From: Candidatus Omnitrophota bacterium
Lineage (GTDB): Bacteria > Omnitrophota > Gorgyraeia > Tantalellales > Tantalellaceae
Direction: 5' to 3'
Length of the DNA stretch: 64,000 nucleotides
Assembly (NCBI GenBank): GCA_041667545.1
Contig: JBAYES010000002.1
Coordinates: forward strand, 5,035-69,034
The notes below the pieces were generated by a model, which was not told the origin of the DNA, did no database searches, and saw only the letters and a program-made list of their open reading frames with translations. The stretch's first letter is position 1. Every line of letters begins with the position of its first letter. This document shows, piece by piece, positions 8,766 to 17,440 of the stretch. Both the position numbers and the translations under genes were made by a program.

Positions 8766-10580
8766 ATGCCGGAAAAGACAAAAAAAGAATTCCAAAGAAA
8801 AACAATAACATTTTGTAACGGGACCTCATGCATGCAGAAAGGATCCATTGATCTAAAAAATTTACTGCGGCTTGAACTCGAAAAGAGGGGTTTAACTGAG
8901 GATGATGTGCGTATAAACATATCAGGGTGTCTTGGTATGTGCGACAAGGGCCCCCTGATGATAGTCAATCCCGGGTACACGATATACGCCAATCTTAAAG
9001 AAGAGGATATCCCGATAATATTTAAAGAGCATATAGAGGGAGACAGGCCTGTCGCCGAATTTGTTACAGACGCGGACCATCTTTATAACAGGTTTTTCAG
9101 AGTGTTCGGGGATGTGGGCTTTTTCGGAAAACAGATGCGTATAGCACTTAGGAACTGCGGGATAATAGATCCGGAAAGTATAGATGATTATCTTTCTCTC
9201 AGGGGGTATGAGGCCCTGGCCAAGGTCCTTACGGAAATGTCCCCGGACGAGGTAATATCGGCGGTTACTTCTTCGGGGCTGAGGGGGCGCGGAGGTGCCG
9301 GGTTCCCAACCGGACTTAAATGGAAATTTACCAGGGAGGCTGAAGGCATAGAAAAATATGTTATTTGTAATGCCGATGAAGGCGACCCCGGAGCGTTTAT
9401 GGATAGAAGCGCCATAGAGGGGGATCCGCACACCGTTATAGAGGGCATGATAATAGGAGCTTATGCGATTGGGTCAAGCAAAGGTCTAATTTACATAAGG
9501 GCGGAATATCCCCTGGCGATAAAACGGCTGGAGTCGGCCATAAAAGCGGCAAGAGAGAACGGCATGCTGGGAAAGAACATTCTGGGTTCCGATTTTTGCT
9601 TTGATATCGAGATAAAACTCGGAGCGGGGGCCTTTGTTTGCGGGGAAGAGACAGCCCTCATACATTCAATAGAAGGCTCAAGGGGGATGCCTCGGCCAAG
9701 GCCGCCCTTTCCGTCGGTGTCCGGTCTTTTCGGCTGTCCCACTCTGATAAACAACGTTGAGACCTGGGCGAATATACCCGTGATAATAGTGGACGGGCCC
9801 GAATGGTTCAGTTCGGTGGGAACAGAGAAAAGCAAGGGTACAAAGGTTTTCGCGGTCGCGGGAAAGGTGAACAATACAGGCCTTGTGGAAGTGCCCATGG
9901 GAACAACGCTAAGGGAGATAGTTTATGATATTTGCGGAGGTATCCCTGATGATAAAAAGTTCAAAGCGGTGCAGACCGGAGGACCATCCGGAGGATGTCT
10001 TCCCGAAAAATATCTTGATACAAAAATAGATTATGAGTCACTTGCGGCCGCCGGTTCCATAATGGGCTCGGGGGGAATGATAGTGATAGACGAGGATTCG
10101 TGCATGGTAGGGATATCGAAATTTTTTCTTGAGTTCACACAAAGCGAGTCATGCGGAAAATGTACTCCCTGCCGTGAGGGGACTAAAAGGATGCTTGAGA
10201 TACTTACCAGGATCACCGAAGGGAAGGGGGTAGAGGGAGATATACAAAAGCTCGAAAGATTGGGCAACATGATAAAGAAGGCGTCTCTTTGCGGGCTGGG
10301 TCAATCGGCCCCTAATCCTGTTCTTAGCACAATAAAGAATTTCAGGGAAGAATATGAAGAACATATACGTGACAAAAGGTGCAGAGCGGGAGAGTGTAAG
10401 GACCTTCTCGTGTACGAGATAACAGATAAATGTGTGGGATGTACGGCATGTAAAAAGGTCTGCCCGACGGCCGCGATAACGGGAGACGCAAAAAAAATGC
10501 ATGTAATAGACCCCGAGAAATGTGTGAAATGCGGAAAATGTTTTGAAATATGTAAATTCGGCGCCATAACGAGATCGTGA
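8766..10580 (+). CDS. hydB: [FeFe]-hydrogenase NuoF-like flavoprotein subunit (NADH-binding, FMN, Trx-like 2Fe-2S N-domain, 2x[4Fe-4S] C-domain)
   Basis: 604 aa; FMN/NADH motif 'GLRGRGGAGFPTGLKW'; N3 cluster 'ESCGKCTPCREG'; C-terminal 'CVGCTACKKVCP' and 'CVKCGKCFEICKF' ferredoxin motifs. Confidence 0.8.
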   Translation: MPEKTKKEFQRKTITFCNGTSCMQKGSIDLKNLLRLELEKRGLTEDDVRINISGCLGMCDKGPLMIVNPGYTIYANLKEEDIPIIFKEHIEGDRPVAEFVTDADHLYNRFFRVFGDVGFFGKQMRIALRNCGIIDPESIDDYLSLRGYEALAKVLTEMSPDEVISAVTSSGLRGRGGAGFPTGLKWKFTREAEGIEKYVICNADEGDPGAFMDRSAIEGDPHTVIEGMIIGAYAIGSSKGLIYIRAEYPLAIKRLESAIKAARENGMLGKNILGSDFCFDIEIKLGAGAFVCGEETALIHSIEGSRGMPRPRPPFPSVSGLFGCPTLINNVETWANIPVIIVDGPEWFSSVGTEKSKGTKVFAVAGKVNNTGLVEVPMGTTLREIVYDICGGIPDDKKFKAVQTGGPSGGCLPEKYLDTKIDYESLAAAGSIMGSGGMIVIDEDSCMVGISKFFLEFTQSESCGKCTPCREGTKRMLEILTRITEGKGVEGDIQKLERLGNMIKKASLCGLGQSAPNPVLSTIKNFREEYEEHIRDKRCRAGECKDLLVYEITDKCVGCTACKKVCPTAAITGDAKKMHVIDPEKCVKCGKCFEICKFGAITRS

Positions 10581-10588
10581 GGGGAAAA

Positions 10589-12364
10589 ATGAAAGATAAA
10601 ATAAAGATAAATGTTAACGGAAAAGATTATAAAGCCGGGCAAGGACAGACCATCATGCAGGCCCTGGATGATCTGGGGTTCAAGACGCCACGCCTTTGCT
10701 ATCATCCCAAACTTTCAATAGAAGGGGCGTGCAGGGTGTGTATAGTGGAAGTAGAAGGCATGAAAAACTATGTGGCGTCCTGTTCTTTTCCCGTGTCCGA
10801 GGGAATGAAAATAAGAACGAATACCAAAGAGTTGAGGCAGGCGAGAAGGGACATAGTGGAACTTATACTGGATAACCACCCGGAAGACTGCCACACCTGC
10901 GAAAGGGACGGCATTTGCGAGCTTCAGAGACTGGCTTACGCTATGGGCATAAGAAAAAGGCATTTTGAGGGAGAAAGAAAGCATTATGACGAAGATCTTT
11001 CGTCCCCGGCGGTAATAAGGAACCCCGATAAATGTATTCTTTGCGGGAGATGCGTGAGAATATGTTCTGAAATACAGAAGGTGAACGCGTTAAGGTACGC
11101 CCACAGGGGCTTCGGTACGGTGGTCATGCCGGCATACAACATGCCCTTTTCGGAAAGCGTCTGTACGGCCTGCGGGCAGTGCATAAATGTATGTCCGACG
11201 GCGGCATTTCTTGAAAGGAATTACACGCAGGAGCTTTTCGAAAAGCTTAATGATCCTTCGATAATAAAAGTAGCCCAGGTAGCGCCTTCGGTGAGAGCCG
11301 CCATAGGTGAGGCATTCGGATTTCCCCCCGGCACTTCGCATGAGGGAGAGATGGCCGCAGCTCTCCGGCGGCTTGGTTTCGATTATGTTTTCGATACTCA
11401 GTTCTCGGCAGACCTCACTATTATGGAAGAAGCCCACGAGTTCCTGGAAAGGCTTCAGGGTAAAGGGAAACTTCCCATGATAACTTCATGCTCGAGCGCA
11501 TGGATGAAATATATGGAGCAGTTCACTCCGGAACTTATAGACAACGTGTCTACATGCAAATCACCTATGGCCATGATGGGATCTATACTGAAAACCTATT
11601 TTGCCGAAAAAATGAAGATCGATCCGTCAAAAATTTTTACGGCCGCGGTAATGTGCTGTACGGCCAAAAAATATGAAGCTACGCGGCCTGAGATAATGGT
11701 CAACGGGATGAAGCCGGTGGATATTGTCGTAACTACGCGTGAAGCGGCCTGGATGATAAAGTCAGCGGGTATAGATTTTGTCGGGATAAAACCCGAAAAA
11801 TTCGATAATCCTCTGGGAAATTCATCGGGGGCGGGGGCTATTTTCGGTGTTACCGGAGGAGTTATGGAAGCGGCTATCAGAACCGCTTATGAGCTTTATA
11901 CGGGAGAAACGCTGCTTGATATAGAAATAAGCGATATAAGGGGGCTTAAAGGAATTAAAGAAGGGTCTTTGAAAATGGAAGGGAAAGAGATAAGGGTGGC
12001 GGTAGCGCACGGATTGGGTAATGCCTGCGAACTTCTGGAAGTAGTCAAAAAGGATCCGGAAAGATATCACTTCATCGAGATAATGGGCTGCCCCGGAGGA
12101 TGTATAGGAGGGGGCGGACAGCCGTATGCCGGGTCTAATTCCGTGCCGCTTGACGAGGAAGTGCTTAAGAAACGGGCCGAGGCGTTATACAGCCTTGACA
12201 GGTCAAGGACAATACGAAGAAGCCACGATAATCCGGATATCCAGAGGGTATATAAGGAGTTTTTGGGCAGGCCACTGAGCCCCGTGGCGCATAAGACGCT
12301 TCATACGCATTACGCGGCTAAAAAACCCAGAGGGATAGTGCCGAAAGAGTCTATAGCAAGGTAA
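10589..12364 (+). CDS. hydA: [FeFe]-hydrogenase catalytic subunit (M3-type: 2Fe-2S N-domain, His-ligated 4Fe-4S, 2x[4Fe-4S] F-clusters, H-cluster domain) with non-canonical L1/L2 motifs
   Basis: about 591 aa; L3 'EIMGCPGGCIGGGGQP' canonical; L1 'TSCSSAW' (canonical TSCCPxW) and L2 'VMCCTAKKYE' (canonical MPCxxKxxE); F-cluster motifs 'CILCGRCVRICSE', 'CTACGQCINVCP'; aligns throughout with C. pasteurianum CpI from memory. Confidence 0.85.
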   Translation: MKDKIKINVNGKDYKAGQGQTIMQALDDLGFKTPRLCYHPKLSIEGACRVCIVEVEGMKNYVASCSFPVSEGMKIRTNTKELRQARRDIVELILDNHPEDCHTCERDGICELQRLAYAMGIRKRHFEGERKHYDEDLSSPAVIRNPDKCILCGRCVRICSEIQKVNALRYAHRGFGTVVMPAYNMPFSESVCTACGQCINVCPTAAFLERNYTQELFEKLNDPSIIKVAQVAPSVRAAIGEAFGFPPGTSHEGEMAAALRRLGFDYVFDTQFSADLTIMEEAHEFLERLQGKGKLPMITSCSSAWMKYMEQFTPELIDNVSTCKSPMAMMGSILKTYFAEKMKIDPSKIFTAAVMCCTAKKYEATRPEIMVNGMKPVDIVVTTREAAWMIKSAGIDFVGIKPEKFDNPLGNSSGAGAIFGVTGGVMEAAIRTAYELYTGETLLDIEISDIRGLKGIKEGSLKMEGKEIRVAVAHGLGNACELLEVVKKDPERYHFIEIMGCPGGCIGGGGQPYAGSNSVPLDEEVLKKRAEALYSLDRSRTIRRSHDNPDIQRVYKEFLGRPLSPVAHKTLHTHYAAKKPRGIVPKESIAR

Positions 12365-12376
12365 AAGGAGATTAAC

Positions 12377-12877
12377 ATGCTTATAAAGGAAGATGAGGCG
12401 ATAGCCGAACTCAAAGATTACATAGAAAGCAAAAAGGGAAAAGAACACGAGGAAGCGTACCTTATTGATATACTGCACAAGGCGCAGGACCTTTACGGAT
12501 ATCTTAAAAAGGACATTATGGATTTCATCGCCGATGAGATGAATATTCCCACGGCGCACATATGGGGAGTGGCCACCTTTTACCATTACTTTAATCTGAA
12601 ACCCATAGGGAAATATGTGATATCGGTATGTATGGGGACAGCCTGTTATGTAAAGGGCGCGGGTGATGTTCTCGGCGCGATAAAAAAAGAACTTAACCTG
12701 AAAGTGGGGGATACTACCGAAGACGGATTATTTACACTTCAGGAGGCCAGATGCCTGGGAGCCTGCGGACTGGCTCCGGTGGTAATGGTAAACAATAAGA
12801 TACACGGCGGACTTACCGATAGAAAGGTTGTGGAGCTTATCTCGGATTACAGGAACAAAGAAAAGGGTGTGAAATAA
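12377..12877 (+). CDS. hydC: [FeFe]-hydrogenase NuoE-like [2Fe-2S] subunit
   Basis: 166 aa; 'CMGTACYVKGAGDV...CLGACGLAPVVMVN' thioredoxin-like 2Fe-2S motifs of NuoE/HndA. Confidence 0.75.
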   Translation: MLIKEDEAIAELKDYIESKKGKEHEEAYLIDILHKAQDLYGYLKKDIMDFIADEMNIPTAHIWGVATFYHYFNLKPIGKYVISVCMGTACYVKGAGDVLGAIKKELNLKVGDTTEDGLFTLQEARCLGACGLAPVVMVNNKIHGGLTDRKVVELISDYRNKEKGVK

Positions 12878-12883
12878 GATCTG

Positions 12884-14272
12884 ATGAAATATATAGATGA
12901 AAAGAATATCTTCAGGCTTTTGGATAAAGGAAAAGATCCTCCCGATGGGGCCGTAGATGAGGCAATAGATAAAAGTCTGGCGCTCAAAAGGCTTTCTCTT
13001 GAAGAGACCTCATATCTTCTTAACTCACGAAGCAAGCGGGATGTCAGACGGATACTTGAGGCGGCTTCTCTGGTAAAAAGCAGGATATACGGCAGTAGGG
13101 TCGTTATATTCGCCCCTCTCTATATAAACAATACCTGTGTAAATAATTGTTTGTACTGCGCGTTCAGAAAAGACAATATTCTCATAAACCGCCGCCGGCT
13201 CGACATGGAGGATATTGCTAAGGAAACGGTCTCTCTTCTTAAAAGCGGTCATAAAAGGGTGCTCGCGGTCTCATCAGAAAGCGGGAATGAAGGCCTTGCC
13301 GAAGCCCGGTATTACGTTGAGGCCATAAGAACGATGTACGGTCAGGAATATAAGAATAGCAGGATAAGGCGGATAAACATTAACTGCGCCCCTCTTCCGG
13401 AAGAAGGGTTTAAACTTTTAAAGTCTTCCGGCATAGGCACCTACCAGCTTTTTCAGGAAACATACCATGGTGATACATATAAAAAAGTCCATCCTTCGGG
13501 CCCGAAGAGCGACCCCGATAACCGGCTTGACGCTATTGACCGGGCTTTCCGGGCGGGGATAGACGATGTCGGGATAGGGGCCTTATTCGGGCTTTACGAT
13601 CACAAATTCGAGGTGCTGGCTCTTCTTTCTCATGTGGAACATCTGGAAAGGACTTTCGGAGTGGGGCCCCACACCATTTCCGTTCCGAGAATAGAACCGG
13701 CTTTGGGAACAGATATAAATGAAACATCTCCGTACAAAGTTTCGGACGACGATTTTAAAAAATTGGTGGCTGTTCTGCGGCTGGCCGTGCCGTATACGGG
13801 CATAATATTGTCTACACGTGAAACTCCGGAAATGAGGGACGAGCTTTTTCGTCTGGGTATTTCTCAGGTGAGCGCGGCTTCACGTACTTCTCCCGGAGGG
13901 TACTCCGGAGAAAAGGCCGGATCTGAAGGGGCCCAGTTCTTCCTGAGCGATCATCGCAGTCTTGATGAGGTTATAGCAAGCCTGATCGAAAGGGGCGCCA
14001 TACCCAGTTTCTGCACCGCCTGCTACAGGAAGGAGAGAACGGGAGAAACTTTTATGGGTCTTGCAAGACCCGGAACGATAAAGGGAAAATGCGCTCTCAA
14101 TGCCCTTATTACGCTTAAAGAATATCTCAAGGATTTTGCTTCAGAAGAAGTTAAGGAGAAGGGAAACGCTCTTATAGAAAGACTTAAAGAAGAACTCAGC
14201 GATCAGGAGAAAAAACAGCTTGATGAATTTTTTATTCATATAGAGCGAGGGGTCAGAGACGAGCATGTATAA
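12884..14272 (+). CDS. hydG: [FeFe]-hydrogenase H-cluster maturase HydG (radical SAM tyrosine lyase)
   Basis: 462 aa; radical-SAM 'CVNNCLYCAF'; C-terminal CX2CX22C motif 'CTACYRKERTGETFMGLARPGTIKGKC' diagnostic for HydG versus ThiH. Confidence 0.85.
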   Translation: MKYIDEKNIFRLLDKGKDPPDGAVDEAIDKSLALKRLSLEETSYLLNSRSKRDVRRILEAASLVKSRIYGSRVVIFAPLYINNTCVNNCLYCAFRKDNILINRRRLDMEDIAKETVSLLKSGHKRVLAVSSESGNEGLAEARYYVEAIRTMYGQEYKNSRIRRININCAPLPEEGFKLLKSSGIGTYQLFQETYHGDTYKKVHPSGPKSDPDNRLDAIDRAFRAGIDDVGIGALFGLYDHKFEVLALLSHVEHLERTFGVGPHTISVPRIEPALGTDINETSPYKVSDDDFKKLVAVLRLAVPYTGIILSTRETPEMRDELFRLGISQVSAASRTSPGGYSGEKAGSEGAQFFLSDHRSLDEVIASLIERGAIPSFCTACYRKERTGETFMGLARPGTIKGKCALNALITLKEYLKDFASEEVKEKGNALIERLKEELSDQEKKQLDEFFIHIERGVRDEHV

Positions 14273-14310
14273 AAAACGCCGATAGTTCCTGGATTTCCCG
14301 GAACGCTAAA

Positions 14311-14427
14311 GCAGAGCTCTGCGAAACGGATTTTTATCCCGTCGTTGCGAGGGAGCGAAGCGACCGAAGCAATCTCATAATTTGTTATGTATATGAAGAT
14401 GGCTGAACAAATCATATTGCGCAGAAC
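14311..14427. repeat. MITE-like element family A, variant copy 4a
   Basis: contains core CCCGTCGTTGCGAGGGAGCGAAGCGACCGAAGCAATCTCATAATTTGTTATGTATATGAAGATG; ends ...TTGCGCAGAAC. Confidence 0.55.
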
Positions 14428-14443
14428 TTTAGGAACTCTAAAG

Positions 14444-14556
14444 TAGGGTTCTGGGAAATAGCGTTTTCACGTCGTTGCGAGGGAGCGAAGCGACCGAAGC
14501 AATCTCATAATTTGTTATGTTATGTATATGAAGATGACAGAACAAATCGATATTTT
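14444..14556. repeat. MITE-like element family A, variant copy 4b (tandem to 4a)
   Basis: starts TAGGGTTCTGGGAAATAGCGTTTTCACGTCGTTGCGAGGGAGCGAAGCGACCGAAGCAATCTCATAATTTGTTATG...; right end degenerate. Confidence 0.55.
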
Positions 14557-14596
14557 ACATAACCATCGGAATTCTAAAGTTTAAAGGAGGAAGTTG

Positions 14597-14986
14597 ATGC
14601 CTGGAAAAATATTGATAGTTGATGACGATCCCGATTTCCGAGAAGCCATGGCTACCCTGCTTGAAGCGAAAGGATATGATGTTGGAACGGCTTCGGACGG
14701 TGAAGCGGGCCTTGCCAAAGCAAGGGAAATATTGCCCGATATTATTTTGCTGGATGTTATGATGTCGGGTACGACCGAGGGGTTTGATGTGGCCAGAAAA
14801 CTTCATGCCGAAGACAAACTTAAGGACATTCCGGTCGTTATGACGACCGGAATAAGAAAAGATATGAACCTTCCTTTCGGGTTTGAGCCCGACAACGACA
14901 CTTTGCCCGTAAAAGAGGTGCTTGAAAAACCGGTTAAGCCCGAAACCCTTCTCTCAGCGGTAGCAAAACACATAAGAACGGGATGA
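14597..14986 (+). CDS. stand-alone response-regulator receiver (CheY-like REC) protein
   Basis: about 129 aa; 'KILIVDDDPDFREAMATLLEAKGYDV...ILLDVMM' with phospho-acceptor Asp context; no output domain; stop overlaps next start (ATGA). Confidence 0.7.
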   Translation: MPGKILIVDDDPDFREAMATLLEAKGYDVGTASDGEAGLAKAREILPDIILLDVMMSGTTEGFDVARKLHAEDKLKDIPVVMTTGIRKDMNLPFGFEPDNDTLPVKEVLEKPVKPETLLSAVAKHIRTG

Positions 14987-17220
14987 GAAGATACATGCGG
15001 GTAGTTTTAATCTGGTTTTTCTCGGTGTTTTCAGTGTTTTTTGGTTTTCTGTCCGCGGAAGCGCTGGAACTGGTCTCTTTTTCGCAGGAAACAGAGAAAT
15101 ACGGCCTTTTTACCGCTAAATTCCGGACTTCTTATGTAAAGGAAGATCCCGATGATCCCCGGAATATAGATCTTACGGTGGTGTTTGTTTCACCGTCGGG
15201 GGAAGTATCGGAAGTACCCGCTTTCTGCCTGAGTAACAGCAGATCCGAAAAAGTTTCTCTTTGGGAAGTAAGATTTACTCCGGAAGAAGAAGGCGAATTC
15301 TCTTTTTCGGCTAATGCGGCATTGCGCCGCCGGAATGTTTTCAGGGAGTTTTCAGGCGCGCGGTTCAACGTTAAATCTTCCACGATCAAGGGCTTTCTTG
15401 AAAAAAGTCCAAATAATCCCAATTATCTTAAGTTCTCCTCGGGAGAGCCGTTTTTCGGCATAGGCCACAATGTTGCCTGGGTATACAACTCAAATCCTGA
15501 GATATTCGGAAGATATTTTTCTCTTTTGAAAGAAGCCGGCTGTAATATCACGCGTGTATGGATATGTGATTGGTCTTTGCCTCTTGAGTCCGGGAAAACG
15601 GGCAACTATAACCGATCGTCATCTGAAAAAATTGACAGGATACTGGAACTGGCGGAACGTAACGGTATATACATAATGCTCTGCCTTGATACTTACGGAA
15701 GTCTTATGGAAGAATCCGGTATGTGGCGAGAGGGGAAATGGGGCCTGAACCCGTATAATGTGAAGAACGGAGGGCCATGTAAAAAGCCGGAAGATTTTTT
15801 TACAAATAAAGAAGCTGTCCGGCTGTACAAGAACAAACTGAGGTATGTGCTATCGAGATGGGGTTATTCCCCTAACATACTCGCTTTTGAGATATGGAAC
15901 GAATACAATTCTCCTCCTGAATGGACAAAAGAGATGGCCTCTTACCTGAAATCCATGGGAAGAAGCCGAAAACTTGTGACAACAAGTCTCGGATATCCCC
16001 GGGAAAAGGTCTTTGATGAGTCCTCAATATGGAAAATAGACGAAATTGACATTGTAACGCATCATTTTTACGGTAACGGCACGGAGCCGCAACTTGTGAA
16101 TAATCTTTTTCAAAAAAGCCGGGAATTAAAGAGCGGGTACGAAAAACCGTTCATAATATCGGAATTTGGAATAGATTTTTCCAGGAACGACAAGGATTAT
16201 GACATTCGCGGGGAAGGTAAGGCGCTTCACAACAGCATATGGGCATCTGTTTTTTCTGGTGCCGCGGCATCGGCAATGAACTGGTGGCATGATACATATA
16301 TAAGGCCGAAAGATCTTTACCGGCACTATTCGGCGCTTTCTAAGTTCCTTGAAGGCGTAAACTGGGATTCCGGAAAGATAATGTTCCCCGAAGTGAGTCT
16401 TGTGTTTTATCGCGCGGGAGACCTTAAAGGCGGCAAGGCCAGGGATGTTGTTATCCGCCCTTTGGATATATGGACAGTTTCGGGAACGTCGGAATTCGAA
16501 GTTCTGGGGAACGGAGATCTTTCCAAAGGAGGCCTGCCGTTCAAATATCTTCATGGGTCGGAAAAGAAGGATATGATAATAGACCAGATATACAAAGTCG
16601 AATACCCGGAGGAAGGCGGTTTTGTTATAAGGGTAGGCACGGTCAGCCAGGGCGGACATCTTAATGTGTTTGTTAACGACGTAAAGGTTTTAGATAGGGT
16701 ATGTCCGGCGGGGCCGGGTAAAGGCCCCTGGAAAAGAAGCAGGTTCCTGGAAAAGTATAATGTGTACCAGTGCGTATACGACGAGGATATTTTTGTTCCT
16801 GTCCCCGCGGGGAAACACGCCATTCGACTTTCGAATACGGGAGAGGATTGGATAGGGATAGATAAAATAACTCTGAAGAACTATGCCGCTCCGGACATAG
16901 CTGATGCGAGATGCTTGTCCATTAACATAGGCGGGACGCTGATGTTCTGGGTGCAGAACAGAGATTCCAACTGGATGACGGCCTATGAAGGCAGAAAACC
17001 ACATTCTATAAAAGGCGCGTATTTCGAGGTTTATGATCTTTCAGAGAACAGCTATATCCTGGAGATATGGGATACTTATTCGGGAAAAATAATATCTTCG
17101 AAAAAAGCGGAACCATCTTTCGGTAAATTAAGAGTGACCCTCCCCGAATTCCACACCGACCTCGCTTTGAAGCTTACTCCCTCTAAAAAAAGGCTTGACA
17201 GAAATGGCGGGAAGATGTAG
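14983..17220 (+). CDS. secreted glycoside hydrolase family 5-like protein with extra N- and C-terminal beta-sandwich domains
   Basis: 745 aa; signal peptide; TIM-barrel hallmarks 'IWNEYN' (acid/base NE-P-like) and 'FIISEFG' (nucleophile SEFG) typical of GH5/DUF4038. Confidence 0.45.
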   Translation: MRRYMRVVLIWFFSVFSVFFGFLSAEALELVSFSQETEKYGLFTAKFRTSYVKEDPDDPRNIDLTVVFVSPSGEVSEVPAFCLSNSRSEKVSLWEVRFTPEEEGEFSFSANAALRRRNVFREFSGARFNVKSSTIKGFLEKSPNNPNYLKFSSGEPFFGIGHNVAWVYNSNPEIFGRYFSLLKEAGCNITRVWICDWSLPLESGKTGNYNRSSSEKIDRILELAERNGIYIMLCLDTYGSLMEESGMWREGKWGLNPYNVKNGGPCKKPEDFFTNKEAVRLYKNKLRYVLSRWGYSPNILAFEIWNEYNSPPEWTKEMASYLKSMGRSRKLVTTSLGYPREKVFDESSIWKIDEIDIVTHHFYGNGTEPQLVNNLFQKSRELKSGYEKPFIISEFGIDFSRNDKDYDIRGEGKALHNSIWASVFSGAAASAMNWWHDTYIRPKDLYRHYSALSKFLEGVNWDSGKIMFPEVSLVFYRAGDLKGGKARDVVIRPLDIWTVSGTSEFEVLGNGDLSKGGLPFKYLHGSEKKDMIIDQIYKVEYPEEGGFVIRVGTVSQGGHLNVFVNDVKVLDRVCPAGPGKGPWKRSRFLEKYNVYQCVYDEDIFVPVPAGKHAIRLSNTGEDWIGIDKITLKNYAAPDIADARCLSINIGGTLMFWVQNRDSNWMTAYEGRKPHSIKGAYFEVYDLSENSYILEIWDTYSGKIISSKKAEPSFGKLRVTLPEFHTDLALKLTPSKKRLDRNGGKM

Positions 17221-17254
17221 AATTCTTCTTGTAACACACAATGAAGTGTAAAAG

Positions 17255-17290
17255 GGCAGCGGCGTCTCGGCGAGACGCCTTTTTTATTTT
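17255..17290 (+). terminator. rho-independent terminator after GH5-like gene
   Basis: GGCGTCTCggcGAGACGCC stem followed by TTTTTTATTTT. Confidence 0.6.
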
Positions 17291-17379
17291 ACGGGTTTTG
17301 GGATAACGAAGTCCTCGGTCAGGCAAGGTATGCTTGAAAGAGGGCTTTTTTTTTGGATCTTACAGAGATACGGTTTTTA

Positions 17380-17407
17380 TTGATTTACGGTCAGAGAATG
17401 TTAGAAT
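17380..17407 (+). promoter_or_regulatory. candidate sigma70 promoter for glnN
   Basis: TTGATT (17380-85) - 16 nt - TAGAAT (17402-07), 34 nt upstream of glnN ATG. Confidence 0.35.
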
Positions 17408-17440
17408 GGTCTATGTGAAACGATCAAAAGGAGAGTAAAA

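Noticed and set aside
17221-17440. Search for a sigma54 (-24 GG / -12 GC) promoter or NtrC enhancer upstream of glnN, amtB and gltB
   Set aside because: No TGGCAC-N5-TTGCA-like element was found. No NtrC or RpoN gene is in the window. Nitrogen control here looks ANTAR-, P-II- and Fis-like-based instead.
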